DNA of 64,000 nt, from contig DCHT01000066.1 of the NCBI GenBank assembly GCA_002314885.1, forward strand, positions 7,689-71,688. The letters run 5' to 3'. A model generated the notes under the pieces. The model had not been told where the DNA came from. It did not search any database and saw only the letters and a program-made list of their open reading frames with translations. Shown piece by piece: positions 9,002 through 19,622 of this stretch; within the stretch, counting starts at the first letter, position 1; each line of letters starts with the position of its first letter. This DNA is from Bacteroidales bacterium UBA1745. Its GTDB lineage: Bacteria; Bacteroidota; Bacteroidia; Bacteroidales; UBA932. The position numbers and the translations under genes were made by a program.

Positions 9002-10039
9002 CTATTTCTGGATAAAGCTAAGATGAGAAGCCTGGTCGAGCACTCTCTCAGCCCGGCTTCTGTTGTATTCGGACTCTCCGTCGAGGAGGTCAAAGAGGAA
9101 CTTGAGTCCGAGCACTCCGCCGCCCTGGCAGATGATGTGGACGATCAGAAGGTCCTGTACTGCCAGGCTTGAGGAGATGATGTCGAGGTCGGTGCCGCCG
9201 ATCTGGAGCACTGCAAGCTGGTAGGCGTTCTCCTCGTGAGTCTTGATGAGTTTCTCGATATCGCCGAGAGTCTTGAAGCCAAGTTTGTGGAATGCCTCGA
9301 GATAAGGCATCAGGGAAGCGCTGTGGATCTCTGCCTGATTGATTGCTGCAACTCTTTTGTTGAGCTTGTCAAATGGATTGAGTGTCAAGTACTTGCGATA
9401 TGTGTCGCCGTTGAGAGGAATCTTTTCGAAGTCGCCGTCCTCGACCAGTGCCTGCACCTTCCTGCGGTAGTCGGTGATGCTGGTCCTGATCCTGGCGAAT
9501 TCGTCGTCGGCGAGTTCCAGCATTCCGGCCAGGCGGTTCATATTGCGTATGTGCTCCCTCGGTATCTCGACGTCGCTCTTGTAGCCTGTGTCGTGATGCA
9601 TAGTCGCCCACATATGCTGGAGCAAGGTGCGCATCTGGAGTTCGAATCTCTGGTTATGTCCAGGCAGTCTGCAGATGTAGTGCAGGGAATTGTAGCCGAA
9701 ACTGTCGATCTCGTGCATCTTGCGCTTGTCCACTGAGTTTTCCCAGTCCACTTCGAAGAGGTTCTCCGCAATGGCGGCGATCTTGTCCACGTCGTCGGTG
9801 TAGAAGGTGATGACCCTGACGCCTACGATGTCGGTGATGTCGGAAAGGCTGTGATACTTGCTGCCCTTGAGTTCTAGTTTGCCCGCAAGGCTGGCTTCAG
9901 TCTTTACACGGCCCTCCACTGCAGCCACGACGAGGTTGTTGTCCTTCATAGCCTGACGCAGCTTGGCGAGGATCTCGTCCTTCAGGGTTTCTGACTCCTG
10001 TAGGCTTTCCCTGTATTCTTCGAGTATCAACTGGTTCAT
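9002..10039 (-). CDS. Small alarmone synthetase (RelA/SpoT domain) with C-terminal extension
   Basis: GRVKTEASL, DIVGVRVI, GYNSLHY, ELQMRTLLQHMWA...GYK. Confidence 0.9.
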   Translation of the reverse strand: MNQLILEEYRESLQESETLKDEILAKLRQAMKDNNLVVAAVEGRVKTEASLAGKLELKGSKYHSLSDITDIVGVRVITFYTDDVDKIAAIAENLFEVDWENSVDKRKMHEIDSFGYNSLHYICRLPGHNQRFELQMRTLLQHMWATMHHDTGYKSDVEIPREHIRNMNRLAGMLELADDEFARIRTSITDYRRKVQALVEDGDFEKIPLNGDTYRKYLTLNPFDKLNKRVAAINQAEIHSASLMPYLEAFHKLGFKTLGDIEKLIKTHEENAYQLAVLQIGGTDLDIISSSLAVQDLLIVHIICQGGGVLGLKFLFDLLDGESEYNRSRAERVLDQASHLSFIQK

Positions 10040-10509
10040 TTCTTCTTGCTTTGAATGGTTTCGAGGGCTTTTTCGTGCTTGCGGTTGATGCGGCTGATCT
10101 TCTCGTACAATGCAGTGTCACCGTCTTCCTGAGCCTTCTTTTCGGTCTTTGCGCCGCGGTGGAGGTTGTGGCTGAGGTCGTTCAGCTTGACCTGCATCGC
10201 GATATCGTTGCCGGAATCGATTATGCCGTCGACGTAGTTCTCGTATGGAACGGATTTGTCGCGGGTACAGAGACGCAGAGCCTCGATTATGTGGCTCTGG
10301 AAGCCCATTTCGGCGAGGTCGTCGAAGCTGATGTCACTGTCTTCGACCACGTCGTGGAGGAAGCCCACGATCATTTCGTCCTGGGTCTTTCCGGCCATTC
10401 CCACAGCCAGGGAGTGGAGTACTGCCGGCTTGCCGTCCAGATCCTTCTGTCCCCTGAATGTGGTCAGTGCGAGCTCTATGGCCTCTTCTATTCCTGCGAT
10501 TTTACCCAT
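10036..10509 (-). CDS. Small alarmone hydrolase-like HD-domain protein
   Basis: GQKD..GKP..LH, LHDVVED, VKLNDLSHN; 4-bp overlap with the synthetase gene. Confidence 0.82.
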   Translation of the reverse strand: MGKIAGIEEAIELALTTFRGQKDLDGKPAVLHSLAVGMAGKTQDEMIVGFLHDVVEDSDISFDDLAEMGFQSHIIEALRLCTRDKSVPYENYVDGIIDSGNDIAMQVKLNDLSHNLHRGAKTEKKAQEDGDTALYEKISRINRKHEKALETIQSKKK

Positions 10510-10513
10510 TTCC

Positions 10514-11887
10514 TTATTCTGCCTGTGGGAGACGTCCCTTGTAGACCTGGAGGGCTGAGAGGTAGTCTGCTATGGCGTTGCAATAGTTCTCCTGGTTTGT
10601 GGCCAGGTTGGAATATACCTGAAGCAGGTCGGTCACAGTCGTGAAACCGGCGTCGAAGCTTACGAGAGCCTGCTCATAGAGGTATTCGGCATATTCCTTC
10701 TGGCTGCGGGCGAGTTCCAGTTCGTCCCAGGCGCTGGTCAGCTCGAGATAGAACTTGCGCTGCTGGAGCACGAGCATATCGTTGAGATGGTCCCTTTCAT
10801 AGACGGCCTTGTCTATGGCCACCTGGTTCTGCCTGAGCTTGAAGCTTGTCTTGGCCCAGTCAGTGATAGGGATGCGCAGTGCGATGAATACGGTCGCATT
10901 GTCCTGCCAGCCTCTTCTGGTCGAGTACATCGAGCCGCCGTAAGTGGCTCCGATGCCGATCTGAGGGAGGGCAGCGCCCATAGTCAGGAGCTTGTCGTAT
11001 TTCTTGGCCTGAACCTGCATTTCGAGGAGCCTGTGCTCCTGGGTGCATTCAGCCACCTGGTATTCGTCCATATAGACTTTGTCCGGGCTAGGGATGTCGT
11101 CGATGGATGCGGCAGGGAATTCGTACTGGTCCAGGTCGAGGATGGAATATTCCATTCCTATGCTGCTGAGGAGGTTCATCTTGAGCAGCCTGAGGCCGGT
11201 GCGGAGTTTCATCTTGCCGTTCTGGAGTTCCTGCTTCTTGGTCTGCAGGAGCATGTGGTCGGCCTTGAGGATCACGCCTTCTTCAAGGGCGATTCCGGCT
11301 ACTGCTTCCAATGAGTCCACGAGGGTCTGGAGAGTCTCAAGGGTCTTGGCCTTTTCCTGCAATGCAGTGACTTTGAAGTAGTTGGCCTCGACTTCCTCAA
11401 GTTTGCCGCGCTTTGCGATCTCGCCTTTGAGTTCGGCTGCCTCCACGCCCAACTGGGCATACTGAGTGCCGTGGATGATACGGCCGCCCAGGAAGATAGG
11501 CTGGATGGCGGTGAATCCGTAGTGACGTCCGAAGTCCAGCATCTTGATGTCCTTGCTGGTGGCTCCGAGTTCTGCGTAGGATTCTTCCCAGAGGGCCTGG
11601 ATGTTGTAGCCGAATTCGGAGTAGCCGAAGAGGGCTGCAGGCTCCACCTGGATGAGGTAGTCGCTGCTCTTGAACGCCCAGCCGCTGAAGCTGACGTTAG
11701 GGAAGAAGTTGGTGATTACTTCCGCTTTCTTGGCCTTGGCGGCGATTATGTCCAGGTCAGCGCTCTTGACCTCGGTGCTGTTGTCGAGGGCGATGCGCTT
11801 GCATTCATCAAGGCTGAGGACCTTGTTCTGTGCGCCTGCTGACAACCCGGCCAGCAGAAGCAGAATGGTGATTATGCTATTTTTCAT
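10514..11887 (-). CDS. TolC-family outer membrane efflux protein
   Basis: Signal peptide MKNSIITILLLLAGLSAGAQ, LSLDEC..IAL.N, QPIF.GG; last gene of an RND trio. Start corrected to 11887. Confidence 0.88.
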   Translation of the reverse strand: MKNSIITILLLLAGLSAGAQNKVLSLDECKRIALDNSTEVKSADLDIIAAKAKKAEVITNFFPNVSFSGWAFKSSDYLIQVEPAALFGYSEFGYNIQALWEESYAELGATSKDIKMLDFGRHYGFTAIQPIFLGGRIIHGTQYAQLGVEAAELKGEIAKRGKLEEVEANYFKVTALQEKAKTLETLQTLVDSLEAVAGIALEEGVILKADHMLLQTKKQELQNGKMKLRTGLRLLKMNLLSSIGMEYSILDLDQYEFPAASIDDIPSPDKVYMDEYQVAECTQEHRLLEMQVQAKKYDKLLTMGAALPQIGIGATYGGSMYSTRRGWQDNATVFIALRIPITDWAKTSFKLRQNQVAIDKAVYERDHLNDMLVLQQRKFYLELTSAWDELELARSQKEYAEYLYEQALVSFDAGFTTVTDLLQVYSNLATNQENYCNAIADYLSALQVYKGRLPQAE

Positions 11888-14800
11888 CAGCTTTGTCCCT
11901 CCTTGCGAACAGCTGCCAGTATGCAACCGGCATAATGAGTACGATGAATGGCAGAGTGATGAGAACGCCGAAGCAGATGACCAGTCCCATTGGCATCCAG
12001 AGCGCATCGCCGCTGATGATCATCGGAAGGACTCCGAGGGCGGTGGTGCAGGAGGTCAGGAAGATTGGGCGCATACGTCTTGCGCCGGCCAGCATTGCGG
12101 CATCCTTATATGTATATCCCTCTTTGAAGTGGAGGGCTTCAGCATATTCGAACATCATAATTCCGTTTCGGACGATGATGCCTATCAGGGATATGAGACC
12201 GAGAAGGGCAGTCATTGAGAAGTCCTGGTCGAACATCAGCAGTCCCACGAAAGCTCCGAAGATGCAGAGCAGGGAAAGAACCATTGTGAGGACTGGAATA
12301 TTGAACTTCTTGAAGGTGATCAGCAGGAAGAGGAATATGATGAGGAGGGCGGCGATGAAGGATTTCACGAGCATAGGGGTGAGTTCCTTGTTCACTGCGG
12401 TCAGACCGCCTTCAGCGACTGTGACGCCCTCAGGAAGGTCTGTGAGGTTCTCTTCGCTCCACTTGCGGAAGCGCTTCATGAATGCAGGGAGCGACTTCTT
12501 GGATTTGATGTCGGCTGCGATTGCGATGGATGCATCAGTACCGGCACTGCGTACCAGCTGAGTAGGAACCCAGCCCGGTTCGAGGTCGGCAATCGAACGC
12601 AGAGGCACTTTGATACCAGGTATGACGCTCTTGACCATCTTGTTGCCCAGGTCATCGTAGGTCTCAGGCTTCTTGTCGCTGTAGAGTATGACTGGGATGG
12701 TTTCCTCGTCGCCCTGGGAGAGGTTCAGAAGGGAAGTGGCGCCATAATCCTGTGCGAGTGAGAGTGAGAGCGGCACTGGGTTGATGCCCATCTTGAGGGC
12801 GTCGTCGCGATGGAGGTTGACATTGACGGCTGCGGCAGTCTCATAGTCGCTGTGCACCCATTTTACGATGTCGCCCTGCTGGCTGAAGAAGCCTTTGATC
12901 TTCTCAGCAACAGCATAGAGGTCCTCTCTGTTCTTGCCCTTGACGATGACTTCTGCAGGTGAGCTTACGACCTGATAGTCCATCTGTTTGATATGTACGA
13001 CGGCGTCGTCGAAGTAGAATTCGTATTTCTCCTCGAACTCGCCTATGAGCTCATCGGTGGCCTTGTCGCTGGTCGTGTTGATGATGAACTGCGCATAGTT
13101 CCTGGACGGGAGGCCTGGAGCGTAGGTCGCGTGGAAGCGAGGGGCGCTGGCTCCGACGAAGGTGGTGACGTTGCGTACCCTTCGGTCCTGACGGAAGAGG
13201 GCTGCGAGCGAGTCGGCCTCTTCCTGGGTGTGCTGGAGATTGTGTCCGTCGTCGAGGAACATTTCAGCCACGAAAAGGTCTCTGGAGGCCTTTGGAAGGA
13301 ACTGTACGTTCAGTTTGGTGAACACGAAGAATCCGGCTGCAATGATGACTACGCCTGTGATTATGGTCGCCTTAGGGAAGCGGAACACGAGCTTCTCGCC
13401 CTTGTCATAGACTTTCTGGAGGGCTCCAAAGAAGGCGTCCTGTATCTTTGCGAACTTGCCCTTAGGCTCGTCGTCGGAAGGACCGGCAATGAAGCGTACT
13501 TCCATCGATGGCACCACGAGGACTGCGTATGCGAGGGAAATGAGGAGGGCAAGGGCGAGAATCCAAGGGAACATTCCGAACACGTCACCGATGTTGCCGA
13601 CGGCGAAAATCAGGAGAGGGAAGAGCATCAGCGAGATGCTGAGGGTACTCATCAGCATAGGAATGAAGAGTTCCTCGCAGGATGCGGTCGCTGCCTGGAG
13701 CCTGGTCGGGTATTTGCCGACCTTGTCCATATAGCCGTCCATCGTGATGATGGAGTCGTCCACAATCATACCCAGCACCACAATCAATGCGGCGAGGGTC
13801 ACGGTGTTCAGCGGCAGGCCCATCAGGTACATCAGCGCAATGGCGATGGCCGTGCAGGCCGGAACGCCGGTGGATGCGATGATTGCTGACTTGAACGGGA
13901 AGAGCATCAGCATCACCAGGACTACGACGAGTATGGAGATGAGAAGGTCCCTGAGGAAGTTCAGGATGGAAGTGCGCACTACCTTAGGCTGGTCGGTGAC
14001 CCTGGTGAGCTCAACGCTGTCCGGAAGCTCTGCCTCGAAGGCGTGGAGCACCTTGTCAACCTTGGCTCCGAATGCTACGATATCCTTGTTAGGACGCATT
14101 GAGACGGACATCAGGAGGGTGTTGTCGCCATTGTATTTGATGGAAGAGGTCTTTTCCATAAGCCTTCTTTCCACAGTGGCCACGTCATCCACGCGCACAA
14201 CTCCGCCGGTCGGGTCGTCGAAGACTATCTGCTGGGAGATGTCTTCCACTGATGTGATGCCTTCACGCAGGTAGATCTTGGTGAATTCATCTCCGATAGG
14301 GAAGTTGCCGGCAGGGAGATTGAGGCCTTCGGTGAGGAAGTTGAAGGACATAACTCCGGAATTGATGCCGTAGGCGGACATCCTGTCGGTGTCGGCGATC
14401 ACGGCTATCTCTTCCTTCTGTCGGCCGAGTATGTTGACGCGGGACACGTCGTTGATGGCGAGCAGCCTTTCCTTGAGGTCTGCGGCATATTCATTCATCT
14501 CAGTCCAACCCTTGTCGTCGGACTTGAGGGAAATCAGGATGGAGGAAATGTTGCTGAAATCGTCCACTACGACGATGGCGGCGACATTTACCGGAAGCGT
14601 GAGCTTGCGGGTCTGGAACTTGAATTTGAGGTCGGTCCAGGTCTGACGCAGCTTGCTTCCGTCGACGTCCAGGGTCACGAAGATGTAGCAGATACCGTCC
14701 TTGGAAACGGACTTGATCTTGTCTCTGACAACCTCCGGACAACCCATCAGAACCTCTTCGAGAGGCTTGGTGAGTTCTCGTTCCACCTGTTCGGCCGAGG

Positions 14801-14972
14801 CGCCGGGATAGACACCGGCCACCAGACCCTGCACGATCTCAAGGGTAGGGAACTCGTCCTTCTTCATCTTCCAAAGGCCGAGTATGCCTATCAGGATGAG
14901 ACCCAGCAGCACCAGGTAAACGAATTTCTTGGCCTCGATGGCCCAGCTTACTATTTTACCGATCCAGCTCAT
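11877..14972 (-). CDS. RND efflux permease (AcrB/AcrD/AcrF family)
   Basis: 1031 aa; YPGASAEQVE, GMIVDDSII, GIIVRNGI, RRMRPIFLTS. Confidence 0.95.
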   Translation of the reverse strand: MSWIGKIVSWAIEAKKFVYLVLLGLILIGILGLWKMKKDEFPTLEIVQGLVAGVYPGASAEQVERELTKPLEEVLMGCPEVVRDKIKSVSKDGICYIFVTLDVDGSKLRQTWTDLKFKFQTRKLTLPVNVAAIVVVDDFSNISSILISLKSDDKGWTEMNEYAADLKERLLAINDVSRVNILGRQKEEIAVIADTDRMSAYGINSGVMSFNFLTEGLNLPAGNFPIGDEFTKIYLREGITSVEDISQQIVFDDPTGGVVRVDDVATVERRLMEKTSSIKYNGDNTLLMSVSMRPNKDIVAFGAKVDKVLHAFEAELPDSVELTRVTDQPKVVRTSILNFLRDLLISILVVVLVMLMLFPFKSAIIASTGVPACTAIAIALMYLMGLPLNTVTLAALIVVLGMIVDDSIITMDGYMDKVGKYPTRLQAATASCEELFIPMLMSTLSISLMLFPLLIFAVGNIGDVFGMFPWILALALLISLAYAVLVVPSMEVRFIAGPSDDEPKGKFAKIQDAFFGALQKVYDKGEKLVFRFPKATIITGVVIIAAGFFVFTKLNVQFLPKASRDLFVAEMFLDDGHNLQHTQEEADSLAALFRQDRRVRNVTTFVGASAPRFHATYAPGLPSRNYAQFIINTTSDKATDELIGEFEEKYEFYFDDAVVHIKQMDYQVVSSPAEVIVKGKNREDLYAVAEKIKGFFSQQGDIVKWVHSDYETAAAVNVNLHRDDALKMGINPVPLSLSLAQDYGATSLLNLSQGDEETIPVILYSDKKPETYDDLGNKMVKSVIPGIKVPLRSIADLEPGWVPTQLVRSAGTDASIAIAADIKSKKSLPAFMKRFRKWSEENLTDLPEGVTVAEGGLTAVNKELTPMLVKSFIAALLIIFLFLLITFKKFNIPVLTMVLSLLCIFGAFVGLLMFDQDFSMTALLGLISLIGIIVRNGIMMFEYAEALHFKEGYTYKDAAMLAGARRMRPIFLTSCTTALGVLPMIISGDALWMPMGLVICFGVLITLPFIVLIMPVAYWQLFARRDKADEK

Positions 14973-16000
14973 CGACGCACTACTTTGTTTGGACTGGCCT
15001 TCATTCCAGTGCTGACTTTGGACATTCCTTCCACGATTACGAGGTCACCGCTTGCAAGGCCGGATTTGATGGCTACGCCCTTGCCCACGAAGTTGCCTGT
15101 GGTAACATAGCGCTTCTGCACCGTGCTGGTGGAATCGACCATCCACACGTAACTGCCGCCCTCGTCGACTTTGACTACGGATGCAGGAATCTCGAGACGG
15201 TCTTCGACTGAGTGCTGCAGATAGACTTTGCATATCATACCGGGCTTGAGGCCTGAAGGCTTCTTGAAAAGTCTGACTTCAGCAGTGTAGGAATGGGAGA
15301 GGGAATGGGTGTTGACTCCGACTGAGGATATTTTACCTTCGATTTCCATTCCTTCGAGGGCAGGTACTACGACGGTAGCTGCAGAACCTGTCTTTACGAG
15401 GGAATATTCGGTTTCCGGAATCTCAATGCTGACGTTCAGGTCGCCCTCGTCGAGTATTTCGATGAGGCGTTCTCCTGTGGTAACGTTCTGTCCCACAGTG
15501 ACATATACTTCGCTGACGGTGCCGGAGAACGGAGCCCTGACATCGCATTTGGCGAGGGAACGGTCCGAAATGTCTGCCGATGCCACTGCCTGTGCAAGCT
15601 TGGTTTCGATCTCCATCCACTTGATTTCGGACAGGCCGCCGGCCTCATAAACCTTCTTTGCACGCTCGTAGCCGTCCTTTGCCTGACGCAGGGTGGCCTG
15701 GTTGGCATCGTGGAGGCTCTTCACGTCCGGAGCATCGATGTGGGCGAGGAGACCGCCGTTCCTGGCGCTCTGGCCGACCCTTGCAGAGAGGGAAGTGATG
15801 ACTCCTGAATGAGGGGCGAGGATGAGCTGATGACGGGCAGACTGGATGTTGCCGTCGTAGCTCTTGTTGAATGTCTTCTCGGATTCACCTATTTCGATGA
15901 CGCCCACCGGAATGACCCTTTCTGCCGTTTCCTGGTGGCGTCTGCCGCATCCGCCGAGAATGAGGATGCAGAGGCTCAGTATTGTACAGATCTTCTTCAT
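14969..16000 (-). CDS. RND efflux periplasmic adaptor (MFP), lipoprotein
   Basis: Lipobox LGGC, APFSGTV, LKPGM, GL..GD.VIVEG. Confidence 0.92.
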   Translation of the reverse strand: MKKICTILSLCILILGGCGRRHQETAERVIPVGVIEIGESEKTFNKSYDGNIQSARHQLILAPHSGVITSLSARVGQSARNGGLLAHIDAPDVKSLHDANQATLRQAKDGYERAKKVYEAGGLSEIKWMEIETKLAQAVASADISDRSLAKCDVRAPFSGTVSEVYVTVGQNVTTGERLIEILDEGDLNVSIEIPETEYSLVKTGSAATVVVPALEGMEIEGKISSVGVNTHSLSHSYTAEVRLFKKPSGLKPGMICKVYLQHSVEDRLEIPASVVKVDEGGSYVWMVDSTSTVQKRYVTTGNFVGKGVAIKSGLASGDLVIVEGMSKVSTGMKASPNKVVRR

Positions 16001-16003
16001 CGC

Positions 16004-16564
16004 TTATTTCTCGAGTTTTGCAAAACAGATGATTTCATCGCTTATGACCTTGTATTCGAGCAGAACGTCTTCGAGGCCGACTGTGGTTTCCATCACGAAG
16101 TTGCTGATAGGGTATATGTTCAGGATGATGTAATTTCCATTCTCATAATATGTACCCTTGCCGCTGAGTTCCACCTGTACGGCCGGAGCACGGTTCATAA
16201 TGCTTCCGGTAGTACCTTCTTCGGCGAGCAGGAGAATGCCTGTACCTCTCTCAAGCCTGAGGGCGTCGGTATCCTTGTCGTAGGTTGCGTAGAACATAAG
16301 GCTGTGGGAAGACATCATCACGCTCATATTCACGAGCCATCCGCCGTCTTCGTTGTCGATGATGTACATCTGACCGGCTTCGTTTGAGATGATGAATTTC
16401 TGCTTGATGTCTGTGTAGCCCGGAGTGACGCATTCGCACTCGATGTTTCCGGACATCTTGAAATGATAAGTGCCAGGAATGGCCTTAGACGCGCTTTTCT
16501 CGCAGGATGAAAGGCTGAGGAGGCCTGCTGCGATGAGGAGGACTGAAAGAATTCTGAGTTTCAT
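16004..16564 (-). CDS. Hypothetical lipoprotein
   Basis: Lipobox LSSC; first gene of the leftward efflux operon. Confidence 0.75.
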   Translation of the reverse strand: MKLRILSVLLIAAGLLSLSSCEKSASKAIPGTYHFKMSGNIECECVTPGYTDIKQKFIISNEAGQMYIIDNEDGGWLVNMSVMMSSHSLMFYATYDKDTDALRLERGTGILLLAEEGTTGSIMNRAPAVQVELSGKGTYYENGNYIILNIYPISNFVMETTVGLEDVLLEYKVISDEIICFAKLEK

Positions 16565-16614
16565 ATTTTTAGTTTAAATTTTTTCTGACAGGAAACGCTT
16601 TTGCGTAATTGCGC

Positions 16615-16652
16615 CAAATATAGCGATTATTTGCCGATATTTCTTATTTTTG
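16615..16652. promoter_or_regulatory. Divergent -7 promoter elements
   Basis: TATATTTG on the - strand (16615-16622) and TATTTTTG on the + strand (16645-16652). Confidence 0.55.
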
Positions 16653-16675
16653 CGACACAAATCAATGCATATTAT

Positions 16676-17395
16676 ATGTCTATCAGGCGTTATACACTTA
16701 TTCTATTCGCCTCATTAGCCAGTATATCCCTTTCAGCTCAGACGGTCGGTGAGCCTGCCGACTCTGTCCAGGTGGAAGTGGACCTGCCGGTGATCGAGGA
16801 ACAGAAGCCCGTTGACCAGGGCTACAAAGTCGAAATCAGTGTCGGCTGGGGAGACCAGATGTTCGAGACTCTCATCTGGCACGAGATCCAGCCTCCTTTC
16901 GGTCAGGTGCCCGACGAAGAGGTGCTCAATATCAAGCAGAACTACAAATACTATCAGCACGCGTTCTTAAGCGGTTATTTCAACGTGCGCAAATGGTTCA
17001 GCCTCGGTCTGATGCTGGATTTCAGCGGCGTCTGCTGGGAAACTGCCGATTACAAGGGCAACGGCGATTTCATTGCGAAGACCAGCGATGAGAGGTTTAT
17101 GAACATCTGCCTTATTCCGCAGCTGCGCTTCAACTATATGAACAAGCAGTATGTCTCCCTCCACACCGGACTGGGTCTCGGTATGAACGTGAATACCGGC
17201 ACGGAGAAGGACTATCTCGGCAGGCAGACCGTCGTCGCTCCGGCTTTCTATCTGGATCTGATCGGTGTGAAGGCCTGCTACAAGAATTTCTTCGGAGCGG
17301 TGGACCTTGGCGGCATCATCTCCCTCCAGAATCAGACTGAAATCTATCTCCTCGGCTCCCGTATGTTCAGCGTCAGCCTGGGCGTTCAATTCTAA
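16676..17395 (+). CDS. Putative outer membrane beta-barrel protein
   Basis: Signal peptide ending SAQ, amphipathic strands, C-terminal SVSLGVQF barrel signature. Confidence 0.72.
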   Translation: MSIRRYTLILFASLASISLSAQTVGEPADSVQVEVDLPVIEEQKPVDQGYKVEISVGWGDQMFETLIWHEIQPPFGQVPDEEVLNIKQNYKYYQHAFLSGYFNVRKWFSLGLMLDFSGVCWETADYKGNGDFIAKTSDERFMNICLIPQLRFNYMNKQYVSLHTGLGLGMNVNTGTEKDYLGRQTVVAPAFYLDLIGVKACYKNFFGAVDLGGIISLQNQTEIYLLGSRMFSVSLGVQF

Positions 17396-17401
17396 GCTGC
17401 T

Positions 17402-18691
17402 ATGAAAAGGATACTTTCAATGATAATATGCCTTGTCACCGTCTGCGGATGCGTGTTTGACAAGGATTACTACATCAATTTCGATGATATTTCCTACACT
17501 CCCGGAATGTTCAAGGTGAAGTGTCAGAAGACCACGGACCTGTCTGACGGTCTGCCTGAAGACGCGATGCTTCCGGACGGTACTTCAGTGAATGCCTTCC
17601 TCGCCGATTCCCTCGAGGCTGCGACCAAGGCTACCAGCACTTCCGCCAATGCCTTCATCCAGAATTTCCAGAAATGGGGGACACAGAGCAAGCTGACGGA
17701 AATCAGCGGCATCTATGAGTCCGTGGATGAATACGGCAACCCAATCACCCTTTCCGGCAAAGTCATCATCCCGACCAAGAGTGAGATCAAGCGAGTGATT
17801 CTCGTGTCGCATTACACCATCGGCTCCGATATGGAGGCACCTAGCAATTCCTTCCCTCTGGAGGCCCAGCTGGCACAGTTGGGCTATGCCATCGTCTGTC
17901 CGGACTACATAGGCTACGGCATCACCAACGACCGCTATCATCCATATCTTATGATGGAACAGACGGCCAGGAACGTCATCGATATGTATCTGGCCGTGAT
18001 GCCTTTCCTGAAGGCCATCGACCGCGCTCCTAAGTACGAGGAAATCTACCTTATGGGCTATTCCCAGGGCGGTGGAACCACTATGGCAGTCCAGTATATG
18101 CTTGAGAGGGACCACGGTCCTTCCAGCGCCACTCCGGTTAAGATCAAGCGAGTTTTTGCGGGCGGCGGAATCTACGACATCAAGGGCACTTTCGAGAGCT
18201 ATATCACGACCAATCAGGCCTCCTATCCTTGTGGCGTGCCTTTCGTGATCGTGGGTCAGGTGAAGGGCAACCATCTCGATGACGCACTGATTACGACCCT
18301 GCTTAGGCCGTCCATCACCCGTCATCTCGACGAGTGGTTCCTCAAAAAGACTACTATGACAGGTCAGATGAACAAGATCATCGACACTCACGTGACGGAT
18401 GAGATCCTGACTCCGGTCGCATTCGACAGGGCCAGTCCGGAGATCACGCAGCTTTATCAGGTGATGACATTGAACTCAGTTCTGTCTCTTGCCTGGCAGC
18501 CTTCCGCCCCTGTCTATATGCTCCATTCCATAGATGACAACACTGTTCCGTTCTCGAACGCGGCAAGTGCGAAAGTCCGTTGGGCTGATTCAAATATCCA
18601 GTACAACTTCGGACATTACGGCAGCCACGCAATGTGTTGTCTCAGATTTGTTTACACCGTCAAGACTATACTGCAGAATGAGAACGAATAA
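17402..18691 (+). CDS. Alpha/beta-hydrolase (secretory lipase-like) lipoprotein
   Basis: Lipobox VCGC, PDYIGYG, nucleophile elbow GYSQGG, HSIDDNTVP, GSH. Confidence 0.85.
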   Translation: MKRILSMIICLVTVCGCVFDKDYYINFDDISYTPGMFKVKCQKTTDLSDGLPEDAMLPDGTSVNAFLADSLEAATKATSTSANAFIQNFQKWGTQSKLTEISGIYESVDEYGNPITLSGKVIIPTKSEIKRVILVSHYTIGSDMEAPSNSFPLEAQLAQLGYAIVCPDYIGYGITNDRYHPYLMMEQTARNVIDMYLAVMPFLKAIDRAPKYEEIYLMGYSQGGGTTMAVQYMLERDHGPSSATPVKIKRVFAGGGIYDIKGTFESYITTNQASYPCGVPFVIVGQVKGNHLDDALITTLLRPSITRHLDEWFLKKTTMTGQMNKIIDTHVTDEILTPVAFDRASPEITQLYQVMTLNSVLSLAWQPSAPVYMLHSIDDNTVPFSNAASAKVRWADSNIQYNFGHYGSHAMCCLRFVYTVKTILQNENE

Positions 18692-19586
18692 TAGATTTTT
18701 CCTTGCGCTGGGCTTGTTCCTTTTTGCGCTTGCCTCAGTTACTTCCTGCGACGATGTGGCTCCTTCAAAGTCCGGTCCTAAGGTGGTTATTGACATTCAG
18801 ATCAACCGCGTTTCCGCCGGCTTTGTGGATGTGACTTTCACTCCCGACCAGCCTGCCTATTACGCCATCAGCGTCGATCCTGTCGTGGAGGGTGTAGACC
18901 CTGCCGGAAATGAGCAGGTGTTTATGGATCTGGCCCTCGACAGCCTATATATGAAATATGTAGTGTGGCGTCACGCCCACCTCATCAAATTGGAGCATAT
19001 CGTGGCGGATTTTCCTTCCCACAGCCTTATGTATGGTGAGACCAATTATGTGCAGAACTTCCTCAAACCGGACACGGATTACTGGGTGTACTGCTTCGTG
19101 GTCGACCACAATTCCAACAAGGCCGACGGTCAGCTTTACTGGACGACCATCCACACCGAAAAGGAGAGCATTTTCAACAATACCCGTTTCAAATACCGCA
19201 TAAAAGGGGAGTGGGACTATATCTACCCTTACAACAAGGAGACCGGCGATATGGTCATCGACGTGCCTTGGGTGGGTATGACCATCGACAAGGAGGATCT
19301 TGTGGCAGGTGGATATGCGAGTCCGGGCGCCTATTTCGACGAAATGTTCAAGACTTACAACAATGACAACGGTATGGTTCTCACCGGTGTATATGTGCAT
19401 CAGAACAACGGTGTAGGCGACGGCTCTTCGAGGACGAAGTTCGAGGTCGGACATACCTATTACACCGGTTTGGCCATTATGGATGGTCCGCGTGGCGAGG
19501 CCTTCGATATCTACAGCTTCACTTGGGAAGGTCCCGACACAGACCTTTTCTTCGAGGATTCCTCAAGTACCCTCGGGGCTTGGTAG
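18678..19586 (+). CDS. Hypothetical lipoprotein
   Basis: ATG at 18678 gives MRTNNRFFLALGLFLFALASVTSC (lipobox); FN3-like LKPDTDY motif. Confidence 0.75.
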   Translation: MRTNNRFFLALGLFLFALASVTSCDDVAPSKSGPKVVIDIQINRVSAGFVDVTFTPDQPAYYAISVDPVVEGVDPAGNEQVFMDLALDSLYMKYVVWRHAHLIKLEHIVADFPSHSLMYGETNYVQNFLKPDTDYWVYCFVVDHNSNKADGQLYWTTIHTEKESIFNNTRFKYRIKGEWDYIYPYNKETGDMVIDVPWVGMTIDKEDLVAGGYASPGAYFDEMFKTYNNDNGMVLTGVYVHQNNGVGDGSSRTKFEVGHTYYTGLAIMDGPRGEAFDIYSFTWEGPDTDLFFEDSSSTLGAW

Positions 19587-19622
19587 TATGTAATCAGCAA
19601 TCGTGTTTTAACCTTTTATATT

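Noticed and set aside
10514-12007. ORF-track 5' extensions (tolC to 12007; also starts at 16601, 18534, 39812, 53591)
   Set aside because: Downstream ATGs give clean signal peptides and avoid long overlaps with neighbouring genes or promoter regions.
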